Of a DNA stretch of 64,000 nucleotides, positions 1 through 10,920 are shown one piece after another. Origin of the DNA: Isurus oxyrinchus (taxonomy: Eukaryota). Position 1 is the first letter of the stretch. Each line of letters begins with the position of its first letter. Location: positions 14,694,001-14,758,000 of the forward strand of contig JANJGN010000035.1 of NCBI GenBank assembly GCA_026770705.1. Direction: 5' to 3'. The position numbers were made by a program, and so were the translations under genes. The notes beneath the pieces are model-generated. The model ran no database searches. It was not told the DNA's origin and saw only the letters and a list, made by a program, of their open reading frames with translations.

Positions 1-117
1 CCGGATCATCAGGCCTTTAGCAGCGGGCAAGTGAAGGGACGCCCCCTTCTTTACGGCATGAGCTGCAGTAAAGCGGCAAAGCAAGGAGGAATTTGAGATT
101 AAAAAAACACTGCAGCT

Positions 118-260
118 CTGAAGAAGCGTCATAAGGACTTTAAACGTCAACTCTTTCTCTCTCCACACATGCTAAGAGACCTGCTGAGTTTTTTCCAGGA
201 GTTTCTGCTTTTGTTTCACATTTCCTGCATCCGTAGTATTTTGATGTTACCTTCAGATGA
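118..260 (+). mobile_element. Penelope-like element terminus with degenerate hammerhead motif
   Basis: CTGAAGA A GCGTC ATAAG GACTT TAAA CGTC AACTC followed by ...ccacacatgctaagagacctgctgagttttttccag. The GAAA is mutated to TAAA. Confidence 0.6.
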
Positions 261-409
261 AATAATCTAGTAACAGAAAAGAATACATTAAAATATTTTA
301 CAGGCGAGTACTTAAAATAGAGGGAAACATTGGGAAGGGGAGAACGATGGGATAGAAAGGAGAATAGTGAAAAGTAACCAAAGACTGGTGGCAGGGATAT
401 TAAATAAAT

Positions 410-2560
410 GGATTATTTATCCGTTCACCGTATGTGGGCTTCTCTGGCTGGGCCAGCACTTATTATCCGAACCTAATTATCTTGGGAAGCTGGTCGTGAG
501 CTGCCTGCATGTACCACTGCGGTCGATAACGTGCAAGCAAGCGTGCACTGCTGTTCAGAAGGGAGTTCTATGATTTTGACCCAGTGACATGAAGGAACGG
601 CCGATATATTTCCAAATCAGGATACTGAGAGACTTGGAGTGGTTCTTCCAGGTGATGGTGGTCCCACATATCTGCTACCCATGTCCTTTTCGGTGGTATT
701 GGGCGAAGGTTTGAAAGCTGCTGTCCAAGGAGCCTTGGTCTATTCCTGCAGTACATCTTCTTGATGGTAAGCACTGCTGCTACTGCGCATCTGCAGTGGG
801 AGGGTGAATGTATGTGGATCTGGTGCAGCTCAAGCGGGCTGTTTTAAAATGGACGTTGTCAAGCTCCTTGAGTGCTGTTGGAACTGCACTCATCCAGGCA
901 ATTGGAGAGTATTCCACCGAACTCATGACTTGGAATTTGTAGATGGTGGACAGGCTTTTAGCAGTCAGGTGGCGATGTTCTCGCCGTAAGATTCCTGGCC
1001 TTGTGGTCAAGTATTTATGTGGCTAGGCCAGTTCAATATATGAACAATGGAAACCCCCAGGATGTTGATTGTGTGTGTGTGTGTTTGTGTGTGCGTGTGT
1101 GTGGTGGGGGTGGTGGTGGTGGGGAGCGTGTTCAGCGATGGACACTGAATGACAAGTAAATTTGCTTAGATTCTCTCCTGTTGGAGGGATGTCATTTCCT
1201 GGCACTTGTGTGGTGTGTATGTAACTTGCCACTTTTCAGTCCAAGTCTGGATATCGCCCAGTTCTTGCTGCATTCTTACATGGACCGCTTCAGCGTCTGA
1301 GGATGTGCGAAAACTGCTGAAAATTATGGATTCTTCCATGATCATCCACAAGCCTGAATGTATGATGGAAGCAAGATAACTGCTAAGCAGCTGAAGATTG
1401 TTTGGCCTCGGATACAACCCTGAGTAACCCTTGCTGTCATGTCCTAGAACTGAGATGATTTCGCGCCATCTACCACAACCATCTTCCTTTGTGCTGAGTA
1501 TGGCTCTAACTAATTGGGAGTTCCGCCTGATTTCCATGGATTAGACGTTTGCTAGGATTCCTTGAAGCTACACTCGGCCCAAAGCTGTCTTACTGCCAAC
1601 AGCAGTCACTCTCAGCTCACAAATGGAGTTCCGCTCTTTGTCCATATTTGAATTAAGGCTGTAATGAGGTCAGAATCTGAGTCAACTTGGTGGAGCACAA
1701 ACTGGGCGCCAGTGAACAGGTTATTGCTACGCAATTATTGCTTGATAGAATTGTTGATGACCTCTTCCATCTCTTTACTAATGATCGAGACCAGACTGAG
1801 GGGTGCGCATTGGCTGGGTTGCATTTGTCCTTTTTGTTTTGGTAGAGAGGACACATTTCGGCCAATATCCACATTTTCAGGTGGATGCCAGAATTGTAGC
1901 TGCAATGGAATAGCTTGGCTAAGGGCGATGGTATTTCTGGTGCTAGAGTCTGTTGCCAGAATGCTGTCAGCGCCCTGAATCTTTGCACTATTCACTGCCT
2001 GCAACCGTTTCAAGGCAGCACGTGGAGTAAATCGAATTGGGTGAAGACTAGCCTCTGTGATGCAAGACTCTGCAGGAGGCTGACATCGATCATGTGCTCT
2101 TCACCTCTGGCTCAAGGCTCTTGCAAATTTTGCAGCCTTATCCCTCAGATATGCTGGTCTCCTCAATCATTGCATATTATCATGGCGTGTTTGTGCAGCT
2201 TCTTCCTCCAGTGTGTTATTTAATTGTCCACCATAATTCACGACTGGATGTGACAGAACTGCAGTGCTTAGTTATGTTCCCTTGGTTGTGGAATCACTGA
2301 GCTCTGCCTATGGCTCATGCTTCTGTTTATTTATGCGTAGGTAGTTCTGAGTTCCAGCTTTAAAATGCTGATACCTCATTTTGAGATATGCCTGCTACTG
2401 CCTCTGGCATTCCCTCATACACTCTTCATTGAACGAAGTTTGATCCCTTAGCTTGGTGGTATTGGTACAATGTGGAACAGGCGGGCCATGAGATCGTGGG
2501 TACAGCATATGTCTGCTCCTACTGATGGCTCACAGTGCCTCATGTTTCCCAATCTTTGAG
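410..2560 (-). mobile_element. Decayed 5'-truncated non-LTR retrotransposon (CR1/L2-group ORF2 RT region plus 3' end)
   Basis: Minus-strand frames give RT-like pieces (MQQELGDIQTWTEKWQVTYTPHKCQ; KDKCNPAN; PLSLVSIISKEME; STIYKFQVMSSVEYSPIAW), broken by stops and frameshifts. Confidence 0.85.
1069..1125. repeat. (GT)n/(GGT)n microsatellite inside the LINE
   Basis: tgtgtgtgtgtgtgtttgtgtgtgcgtgtgtgtggtgggggtggtggtggtgggg; absent from the sister LINE copies near 15700 and 21605. Confidence 0.9.
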
Positions 2561-2870
2561 TTCCTCGATCAGGGAATATTCCTCCACGTATTTAAAAATA
2601 ATCTGGGTATCTTACAGAGCAGGGATTGCTATTCATATTTAATAATTCATTAGAAAAACAATTGTGAAAGTGGACTGGTGGATAAGTAATGTAATTCCTA
2701 CAGTTGAGAAGGTGAACAGAATTAGCCCAGAGAATTAGATATCAGTCAGGTTAACAGCAATGGTGAGAGAAGTAATGGAATACTCACTAAAGAAGAAGAT
2801 AGAAAACCATTTAAATATGAGGAATTAAATATTGAGTACTCAGTATGTTTCCATACTTACCAATCTAAAC
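2560..2870 (+). mobile_element. Short CR1-type ORF2 fragment
   Basis: Decayed DW..SNV.P..EK..R.SP.N..VRLTAMVR.VME..LK.KIENHL, resembling CR1 'DWR.ANV.PLFKKG...PGNYRPVSLTS'. A shorter version follows the LINE copies near 17090-17220 and 22835-22970. Confidence 0.6.
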
Positions 2871-2889
2871 AGATCCAGGGTATCACAAG

Positions 2890-3790
2890 CAATGATTTCT
2901 TGTCCAATTTCCGCAATGGCACATCTGGGTTCCCTCGGCATCCCCTCATTGACCCATTCCTATTTCTCGTTGAGATGTTGACCCACAGTAACATCATATT
3001 TTTTCACATGTACATTGTTGATACACTGAATCTCCTCAGATCTCTTTCCGCCCTTCAACGATTTCCAATTCATCAAACTGCTTATCCAACATCCAGCGCT
3101 GAATGAGAAGAAATTTCCTTGTTATCCTTGGACTCAGCTGCAAGCTCCCCTATCCCAGCTTCTGACTCCATCCTATTCGCTGTGAAAACTGTGTGATCTT
3201 GAACCAGACTGTTCACATACTTGATTTCATATTTGACACAAAGATTAGCTTCTGACTATGTATCTGTTTCAGCAGTCAAATTGCCAATTTCCAGCACAAC
3301 CAATTTCCATTGCCCAACATCACACCAGCTGCAACTCAACTGCTCCTGGAGCACTGAGCTGTTGTTGCCTCTAGACTTGACTATCCCAATGTACGCTTTG
3401 CAGGCTGTCCGTGTTCGTGCCTCCATAATTTTGAAATGGTCAAAGCTCTATTGCCCATGCTCCACAAAATCGCCGCCTGTGACATCTGCAATATATGTTG
3501 GGCCCCTTGGACAAATGTCTGGATTTAAGATGTTTTTATTTTCAAACAAAAAAGGGACCTTCGAATCCATCATACCTGGCTAACTCAGTACCTTCCAAAC
3601 ACGCCATCAATATCCCCAACACTCATTAACTCTGACCTCTTGAGATTCCCTGATTGAAATCTTTCCAACACACGCCCAGAACCAAAGCTCCTGAATTCGC
3701 TCACAGAAATCATCCCCATCTTGTTGCTTATTCTGAACGTTCAGCAAACCAGTCTTTTTGTTCAAGCTTTTTACCATCCTCCCTAATGCT
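2890..3790 (+). mobile_element. Decayed L2-type LINE fragment (RT to 3' end)
   Basis: TSGFPRHPLIDPFLFL..FHMYIVDT resembles SGVPQGSILGPLLF..FHMYADDT; ctagacttgactatcccaat near 3370 resembles the L2 SRLDY.N motif. Confidence 0.65.
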
Positions 3791-3809
3791 GTGTGAAAGA
3801 AGAACAGTT

Positions 3810-4655
3810 TTGAATGTTTATCGCACCTTTCACAAAATTAGGATATCCCAAAGCTCTATGCAGGTAATTTAATTGTTTTGAAATCTTCTTACTGTCATAA
3901 TATGGGAATCACATCAGGCAAATTACAAACCACAAGCTCACACAAACAGCAATGTCATTGTTGTGGTTACTCTGACAAACGGACCAGAGACATCTCAGTT
4001 ACAGGTCACGATCGTTTATTCGAGCAATTGCGAGAGGAGAACCTTCTCAATGCAGCTTGAAATCACACTCTGCTAAAATACAAGTTTTCAACATATTTAT
4101 AGATTATTGGTCAAGTACAAGAATAGTTTCCAGATTCTGATCTCATCAACATATAATTTTACAGTAAACAGACATCTCTGGAAACAAGTACATGCATCAG
4201 ATGTCCCTATTGTTCACCCAGGCAGAGACCTTACATCCTACCCAAGCTGGGAACATCTGTTCCTCCCCTCTCTATTAGTCTTCGCTGTTTTCCAACATAA
4301 GTCTCCAGTCTAACTCCCAGAAACTTGCTCGTGATTGAAAACCCTAAGGATGTACAAAGTTTGAGAGTGTATAAGGTTCATTTGGTTTTTCTGTTTAATT
4401 GTTGATATACTGGTTTGTGCTGGCCAGCCTATAGATTCTAATTTAAGTGATTCATTCCCTTATAATGAATCCTCCCTTACCATAAATTCTCATTAACTTT
4501 CTTCCCGCTAACAGTGATCAAGATCTGGTAATCTACCGTTGTTTTGTTGATTAATCGATACACCCAGGACACCAGACATTCCTCCCCTGCCCCTCGTTGA
4601 CATGGTGCCTTGGGATCTTTTGCAAGATTTTCATCAAAAAAGGCAACACCCAGTT
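3810..4655 (-). mobile_element. DeuSINE-like (SacSINE1/AmnSINE1-type) relic, interrupted by a solo LTR
   Basis: Homologous to the uninterrupted copy at 7685-7970. Motifs acaaacagcaatgt, ccaggacacc and ggtgccttgggatctttt match the recalled reverse-strand Deu domain. Confidence 0.55.
3959..4513 (-). mobile_element. Solo LTR (555 bp)
   Basis: Ends are TGTT...AACA, flanked by GTCAT (3954-3958) and GTGAT (4514-4518). The paralogous empty site near 7830 has a single GTGAT. Minus-strand TATAAA lies at 4096-4101 and AATAAA at 4015-4020. Confidence 0.75.
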
Positions 4656-4749
4656 AATGTCTGTAAGATGACTCATTGGGTGGAAAATCAGCTTGTCGAT
4701 GAAAATATGCTTTTTTTTTGAAGAAAATGGTTTCACAAGATGTTTGCAT

Positions 4750-4975
4750 CAGCTAGCTGGTTCCGCAATTATTGCCCATCACCTCATGGCCCTTTTGAAT
4801 TTGATGGTGAGTTGTCTTCTTGACCCACTGCAGCACCTGTTGGTGCAACCACAGTGCTATTAGGAAGGAGGTCGCAGGATTTTGACTCAACACCATGGAA
4901 GGAAGTGTGATATATGAGCAAGTTGGTGTGTGTGTTTCGGAGAGGAAATTGCAGGTTTTGGTGCAGTTACTTCTT
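4750..4975 (-). mobile_element. LINE 3'-end fragment
   Basis: ttattgcccatc...gatggtgagttgtcttcttgacccactgcag...ggattttgactca matches the 3' end of the LINE at 410-650. Confidence 0.7.
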
Positions 4976-5380
4976 GCCACCGACAGTGAAAAATTTGTCA
5001 ATAAAAATAACAATCTATATACACTTCAAAGCAAAGGCATTAGTTACCGTTTCACAAAATCAATTTGCCTACAAATTCTGAAATGACATTCAGAAATTAT
5101 CATAAAATAAATTATATTTGAAATCTAACTGTCATAGAATAAATTGCATCAGGTTAATCAATTTTATTTGGTAGGCAAGGACGATCGCTTGAATTTGTCT
5201 TGTCAGCTGAGTCTGGGTGGTAATGAAAGTTGATAATTTCGAAAATACAATTTGATGTAACTGAAAACACTTGAAACAGAATCAGCATACCACAAACCTT
5301 TGAAATATCTTGGAGGAGCGCATGAAATGGTCATGATTTATGAATTTAGCAGAGGATCGATAATTCGAAGTTTAAGCCAG

Positions 5381-5453
5381 CGCCCGAATAAGAATTTGAA
5401 CCCTGGGCCCGCAGCTGAAAAGTGTGACGCTTTACCAACTGAGGAATCCGGGA
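5381..5453 (-). pseudogene. Highly degenerate tRNA-Lys(TTT) pseudogene (main copy)
   Basis: cgcccgaataagaatttgaaccctgggcccgcagctgaaaagtgtgacgctttaccaactgaggaatccggga aligns to the reverse complement of tRNA-Lys; flanks match later units. Confidence 0.75.
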
Positions 5454-6174
5454 CTGGAGGGCCAATTAGGCACAGCGTCCTGACAGTGAACATTGCATCC
5501 TTCATATTCTGTACTTTTTCTGCAGTCAGACAGTCTGTTCAGCGGATTCCTCACACACACCCATACCAAGTACAGTTGATAAATTCAAACAAAATTGCTC
5601 TTCACAAATTTTACAAACCTCTTCACAAACCCATCCAATTCACACCAAAGTCCGGCCCGCGCCCACAAAATGCTCTTCAACTATTTTTTTGTAAATGTGG
5701 GGGTGCTGCCTGATTGAAAGAAAAAAAATGACAATATTCACCGAATAGCTACATTTCGGTTAATGTAAACATGTTCAAAATATGCACGGAGCCAACCAGA
5801 TAGATGTTTCTAAATGTGAATTATCTATTCTCATGCCAATCATTCCATTCCCCCGAATTCACACTCATCTCTTCAAGACATTTTAAAGATCTGCGAAATG
5901 CTGTCTCTATGTGAAAGGGAGACTATTATCTGATGCGATATTTTAATCTATTTTGACTTCCGTTTTTTTCTGAAGTGTCAATTGTTAGATTCATCCAGGC
6001 CCAAGTGACACGGCTATGTGAAGCTGTTCTTCCCTGTTCTCCAAATAAAACTCATTAATAAGTATTTTAATTAGATCCATGACACTTATTTTTCAAATAT
6101 GATTTGTTTTATAATATTTTCTCAAATAATTTTGAATTTTGCAGGTAACTTAATGTTTTGAAGCAGTTGTACAT

Positions 6175-7450
6175 TCCTAACTGCCCTTCGGAAGGTGATG
6201 GTGAGCTGTCCTCTTGTACCACTGCAGAAGGTACGCAAGAGAAGACTGATGGGGCAACCATTGGCTGGGCTGCATTTGTCCTGCATTTTGTGGACGGGAC
6301 GCACTTCATCCAATAGCAATATTTTCAGGTGGATGCCATTATTTTAGTTGCACTGGAACAGCGTGGCGATGGGCGGTGCTAGATCTGGAACCGAAGTTGG
6401 CTGTCAGAATGCTTCAGCACCCCCAGACTTTACAATATCCAGCTCCTTCAGCCGTTTCACTGTTTCATGTGGAATACATCGAATTGGCAGAATACTGGCC
6501 TCTGCTGCACTGGGGACCTCTGGAGGAGGGCGAGATGGATCATCCACTCGGCACTTCTGGCTCAAGGTCGTTGCTGGCCTCATCCATCATTGAGGATGGG
6601 GTAGTTATGGAGCCTAAACCTCCAGTGTTTTGATTAATTCTCCATCACAATTCACGACTGGATGTGACAGAACTGCAGTACGTAGAACTATTCCGTTGGT
6701 TGTGGAACCACATAGTTCTGCCTATCGTTTGCTGCTTATGCTGATTTGCATGCAAGCAATCCTGAGTTTCTAGTCAAAGGTAAACACCACGATGTTGATA
6801 CCGGAATATGCAGAGATGCTAATGCCCCGAATCTCAAGAAATTTGCTAAGATTCTTTCCTGTTGAGGATGGACTTGCCTGGCACTTTTGTGTTGCGAAGG
6901 TTACTTGCCACATCTCAGCCCAACACTGGATATTGCCCAGGTCTGGATGCATTTGTGACGGACTACTTCAGTATCTGTGGAATCGGGGATAGTGTGGACA
7001 TTGTGCAAATGTCAGTGAACATCCTCACTTCTGACCCGTTGAAGGAAAGAAAGTAACTGATGAAGCAGCTGAAGATTATTCGGCCTGGATACAACCCTCA
7101 GTAAGACCTGCAATGATACCCTGGAAATGAAGACCTCCTGCCAACCATCACAACCATCTTCCTTTGTGTTGGGAATGACTCCAACCGGTGTAGAGTTTCC
7201 AATGATTCCCAATGACTCGAGTTTTGCTAGGGCTGCTTGATGCCACACTCGGTCAAAATGATGCCTTGATGTCAAGGGCAGTTATTTTCACCTCACATGT
7301 GGAGTTTAGTTCTTTGCCCATGTTTGAATTATTCAATGGAATGAGGCCGGTAAAGATCTGAGGGTCCCTGGGGGAAGCCATACAGGTCGTCAGTGTGCAT
7401 GTTTTTGCGAAGCAAATGTCGCTTGATAAAATTTTGGTGACCCCTTGCAT
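6175..7450 (-). mobile_element. Rearranged LINE relic, same family as 410-2560
   Basis: KITALDIKASF / FDRVWHQAALAKLESLGI / DLGNIQCWAEMWQVTFATQKCQA; block order differs from the 410-2560 copy. Confidence 0.8.
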
Positions 7451-7684
7451 CATTCACAACAACAAACCCAAACATTCATTTAACCCTGATCTCTTGAGCA
7501 CCCCTGATTTTAGTCTTCCCAACACTGAGGGCATTGATATCACCTGCCCAGGCCCAACAGTCTGGAATTCCCTCTTACACACCATTCCCATCCCTTCAGT
7601 TATCCTGAAACGTTCATTAAACCCATCATTTTGTGCAAGATTCTTCCAATCCTCCCTAATGCTGTGTGAAAGAAGCAGGAATGC

Positions 7685-7970
7685 TTCGAATCTGTATAGC
7701 GCCTTTAACGACATTGGGATGTTGCAAAGCTCTATTCAGGAAATTAAATTATTATGACATGTGCTTACCATAGTAATATAGGAATCACGGCAGCCAATCT
7801 GCAAATGGCAAGCTCAAACAAGCAGTAATGTGATCATCATCTGGGTATCCACCTTTGTTATGATGATTAATCGATAATCCCAGGAACCCAGGCATTCCTC
7901 CCCTGCTCCTCTTCAATATGGTGCCTTGGGATCTTCTGCGGAGTTTTCATCCAAAAAGGCAACACCCAGT
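7685..7970 (-). mobile_element. DeuSINE-like relic
   Basis: tatagcgcctttaacgac...cacggcagccaatctg...cctcccctgctcctcttcaatatggtgccttgggatctt resembles the recalled reverse complement of SacSINE1/AmnSINE1. Confidence 0.6.
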
Positions 7971-8069
7971 TGTATAACATTTAAGTGGTGTCATTAGGTG
8001 GCAAATCAGCTTGTCGATGAAAATACGCCTTTTTTGAAAAAAAAATAGTTTTGCAGGATGTTGGCATCA

Positions 8070-8310
8070 GCTAGCCTGGCCCTCCATTTATTGCCCATCA
8101 CTAACCACCCTTGAGAAGATGGAGGTGAGTTGGCAACCTGAGCCTCTAAAGCACCTGCGGTGTTGGTGCAGCCACAGTGCTATTAGGGAGGACTTTCCAG
8201 GATGTTGACTCAACACCTCAGCCGGAAGTGTGATATATCAGCACTTCGTGAGTATGGCTTTGGCTGGATGTGGGCAGAGAAATTGCAGGTGTTGGTCGGT
8301 TTATCTCTTG
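8070..8310 (-). mobile_element. LINE 3'-end fragment (paralog of 4750-4975)
   Basis: catttattgcccatcactaaccacccttgagaagatggaggtgag; same context as 4750-4975. Confidence 0.7.
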
Positions 8311-8742
8311 CCACTGGCAATGCAAAATTTGTCAAATAAAAAATAACACTCTATTTACACTTCAAAGCAAAATTATTACCTGCCGTTTCACAACTTCAGA
8401 TTTCCTTCAAAGCCTCGAAGGAATTTGAGAAAATGTCATAAAATAAATTATATTTGAAATCTAACTGTCATGGAATAAATTTGAACAGTTCATGAGCTTT
8501 ATTTGGACAGCAAGGAAGAACAGCGTTAACACATCGTGTCAGTTGGGCCTGGGTGAAAAAGGAAATTGATCATTTCGAAAATTCCATTCAATACTACTGA
8601 AAACACCGAAATCAGAAAATACCTTCCTGTTCAAATAGAATCAGCACATCGCAAATCCTTGCACTATCTTAAAGAAATGGACAACAATTGCTCATACATC
8701 CTCGGATTCATATAAGAACCAATGATTCACAGTTAAAACCAG

Positions 8743-8808
8743 CGACAGAACAGGGACCTGAACCTTGGGACCCTCAGATGAAAAGACTGCCAACTGAGTC
8801 ATCAGCGC
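8743..8808 (-). pseudogene. Degenerate tRNA-Lys pseudogene with internal deletion (main copy)
   Basis: cgacagaacagggacctgaaccttgggaccctcagatgaaaagactg-ccaactgag. Confidence 0.75.
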
Positions 8809-9651
8809 TCTGCCAGTTCTGCTACACAGTGACTTGTACAAGCTAAAAGCGAGCATTGCAACCTTCAGATTCTGTATTTTTTTCTGCAGTCATCCAGTGT
8901 GTTCAGCGGATTCATCTCAAATGCCCACTCCCAATACTTTTGCTCAATTCAATCAAAATTCCTCTTCACAAATTGTATAAACCTCTTCATAAACAAGTCC
9001 ACATCACCCCAAATTCCAGCCCGCACCAACTAAAAGCTCTTCCATTATATTTTTTTTGTAAATTTTGGGGGTCTGCCTGATTGAAAGAAATAAAATGATA
9101 ATATTGATCTAAGAGCTACATTTAACTGAATGCAAACATATGCAGAATATGCACGGAACCAGTCGAATAGAAAACCCTGCTAAACGCATGCACAGGAAAA
9201 TGACCAAACTGGATGAAACACAATCACAATGTCCATTCAGCGTGGCTTGTTGATGTGTCACTCAGTTGTCTGATTCACATGAGAACTGAGAATTCAATGA
9301 AAAAAAAGGGGCCGTAAAGGGAATTAGAAAATGGACCCTCAGCTTAAAAGACGGATGTTCTGGCCAGTGCACTCTCCGTGGCAGCAGCCATTATTTTATA
9401 TAACACTGTTCGCTGGTTGCCATCCAGCCAGAACACTGGAGGAACTGCAATCACAGTTTCATTGCACATTTCTCGCCCGATCACCGACAGTGAGAAACCC
9501 GCACTGCAGTAGGTTCCGCAGGCCTTCGGCAGTGGGAGACTGAAGCCACGCCCCCACCGACGGAAACCCTGCTCCCACCTATTTCTTCAGGCACGAGCTG
9601 CCCTAAACACTTAAAGCAAAGTGGAATTTGAGATCAAATTATACTGAAACT

Positions 9652-9790
9652 CTGAAGAAGGCATATACGGACTCGAAACTTTAACTCTGTTTCTCTCTCC
9701 ACAGATGCTATTAGACCTGCTGAGTTTTTTCCAGAATTTCCTCTTTTTATTTCAGGTTTCCAGCATCAGCAGTATTTTGTTTTTACCTGG
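9652..9790 (+). mobile_element. Penelope-like terminus with hammerhead-like core
   Basis: CTGAAGA aggcatatacggactc GAAA ctttaactc...cagatgctattagacctgctgagttttttccag. Recurs once per unit near 14744, 20659, 25838, 30856, 35010, 40027, 43452, 46326, 51197, 55405, 59228 and 62075. Confidence 0.65.
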
Positions 9791-10243
9791 AGCTGAAATA
9801 ATCTAGGAACACAAAAAACTATGTTAAAATATTTTACAGGCGTGTACTTACAATGGAAGCAGCATTGGGAAAGGAGTGTGATGGGGTAGAAAGGATGATA
9901 CCCACAAATAACGAGAGGCAGATGGCATGGATATAAAGTAATCAGTTTTTTCTGGCAATTACCAGCGAGATAGAGCAGGGCTATGATCTGAGGGAATCAG
10001 CGGAGTGGGTCAGACCAAGAACAGATTAATTTATGGGTTATCTAGACAAGAACAAGAAGCAGAGAGGGTTTGGGTTCGGGTGAGTGTACTGCACCCTTAT
10101 TAACTGTTGTATTTTGGGAAAGAGATTTAGATTTAGCATGTTGGCTCTGAGGAACATGTCAGAAGGATTTAGTGAGGTCCAGCTGCTCTTCACAATCATC
10201 CTTGCTTAATTTCAGTTGCCATTTATTTGAAAAACGGCAGCAT

Positions 10244-10315
10244 TGGATCCACTGGGGTTCGATGCCGAGACTTTGTGCGCGTTAAACACACATGCAACCA
10301 CTAAGCTATAGAACC
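10244..10315 (-). pseudogene. tRNA-Val(TAC)-derived relic (oldest copy)
   Basis: Minus strand GGTTCTATAGCTTAGTGGTT...TCGAACCCCAGTGGATCCA has the same ends as vertebrate Val-TAC (GGTTCCATAG...CCCCAGTGGAACCA). Confidence 0.7.
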
Positions 10316-10772
10316 CGGGGCCATTGCGCTTTTTGCTCTATGAATCGAGTTTATTCTTGTATTCAGTCTGCGAAATACTTTTTTCAATGTTTGCATTTGG
10401 ACGGAATTCTGAAGACTCCACCTCCATGCTGGTTGCACAAGTGCTTACATTTACCTTAAAATGGTGGTTCCCTCAATATTAATTATTGCTTTTAACCAGA
10501 GAGAGCCACCAACTCGCTCAAAAATAACAGGAAAAAAGAGGCAGGGTTTAATGAGTGCGGGCCGTGGACTGATGAGAAGTGCAAAGGTGAGGGCGTCTGC
10601 CATGTAATTGTGAAGCAACGCTGTGGGGTTGTGCGGCGGGATGGGCGGAGGGTAGTGAGATAGGATGTGAGGCATAAGATCCGCTGAACAGACTTCGGAA
10701 GGAAATACATGGTTTGGACGATACAATGTTCACTGTCAGCGACTAGAGGTCGCTGTGCCAAACCACACTGGG

Positions 10773-10817
10773 GTCCTGGGTAACTCAGTGCGTAGAGCAT
10801 CAGACTCTCAATATGAG
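10773..10817 (+). pseudogene. 5' portion (acceptor 5' strand, D arm, anticodon arm) of an inverted tRNA-Lys relic
   Basis: gtcctgggtaactcagtgcgtagagcatcagactctcaatatgag vs GCCCGGATAGCTCAGTCGGTAGAGCATCAGACTTTTAATCTGAG. Other copies near 26946, 36119, 44548, 47446, 60322 and 63194. Confidence 0.8.
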
Positions 10818-10821
10818 ATTC

Positions 10822-10920
10822 AAAAACAAAAATAGCTGGAAAATGTCAGCAGGTCTGACAGCATCTGCGGAAAGGGTTACAGTTAACGTTTCGATTCCAT
10901 ATTACTATTCGTCAGAACTG
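10822..10920 (-). mobile_element. Inverted Penelope-like terminus with hammerhead core
   Basis: Minus strand of 10880-10920 reads CAGTT CTGACGA ATAGTAATATGGAATC GAAA CG TT AACTG. Also near 26985-27085, 36165-36265, 44595-44695, 47491-47591, 60367-60469 and 63239-63339. Confidence 0.7.

Noticed and set aside
780-2013. RT-like minus-strand ORFs (also 6770-7453, 15670-16096, 21615-22277)
   Set aside because: Fragmented by stops and frameshifts, and the catalytic ADD motif is decayed (MFAEE, VFAEE); they are LINE relics, not genes.
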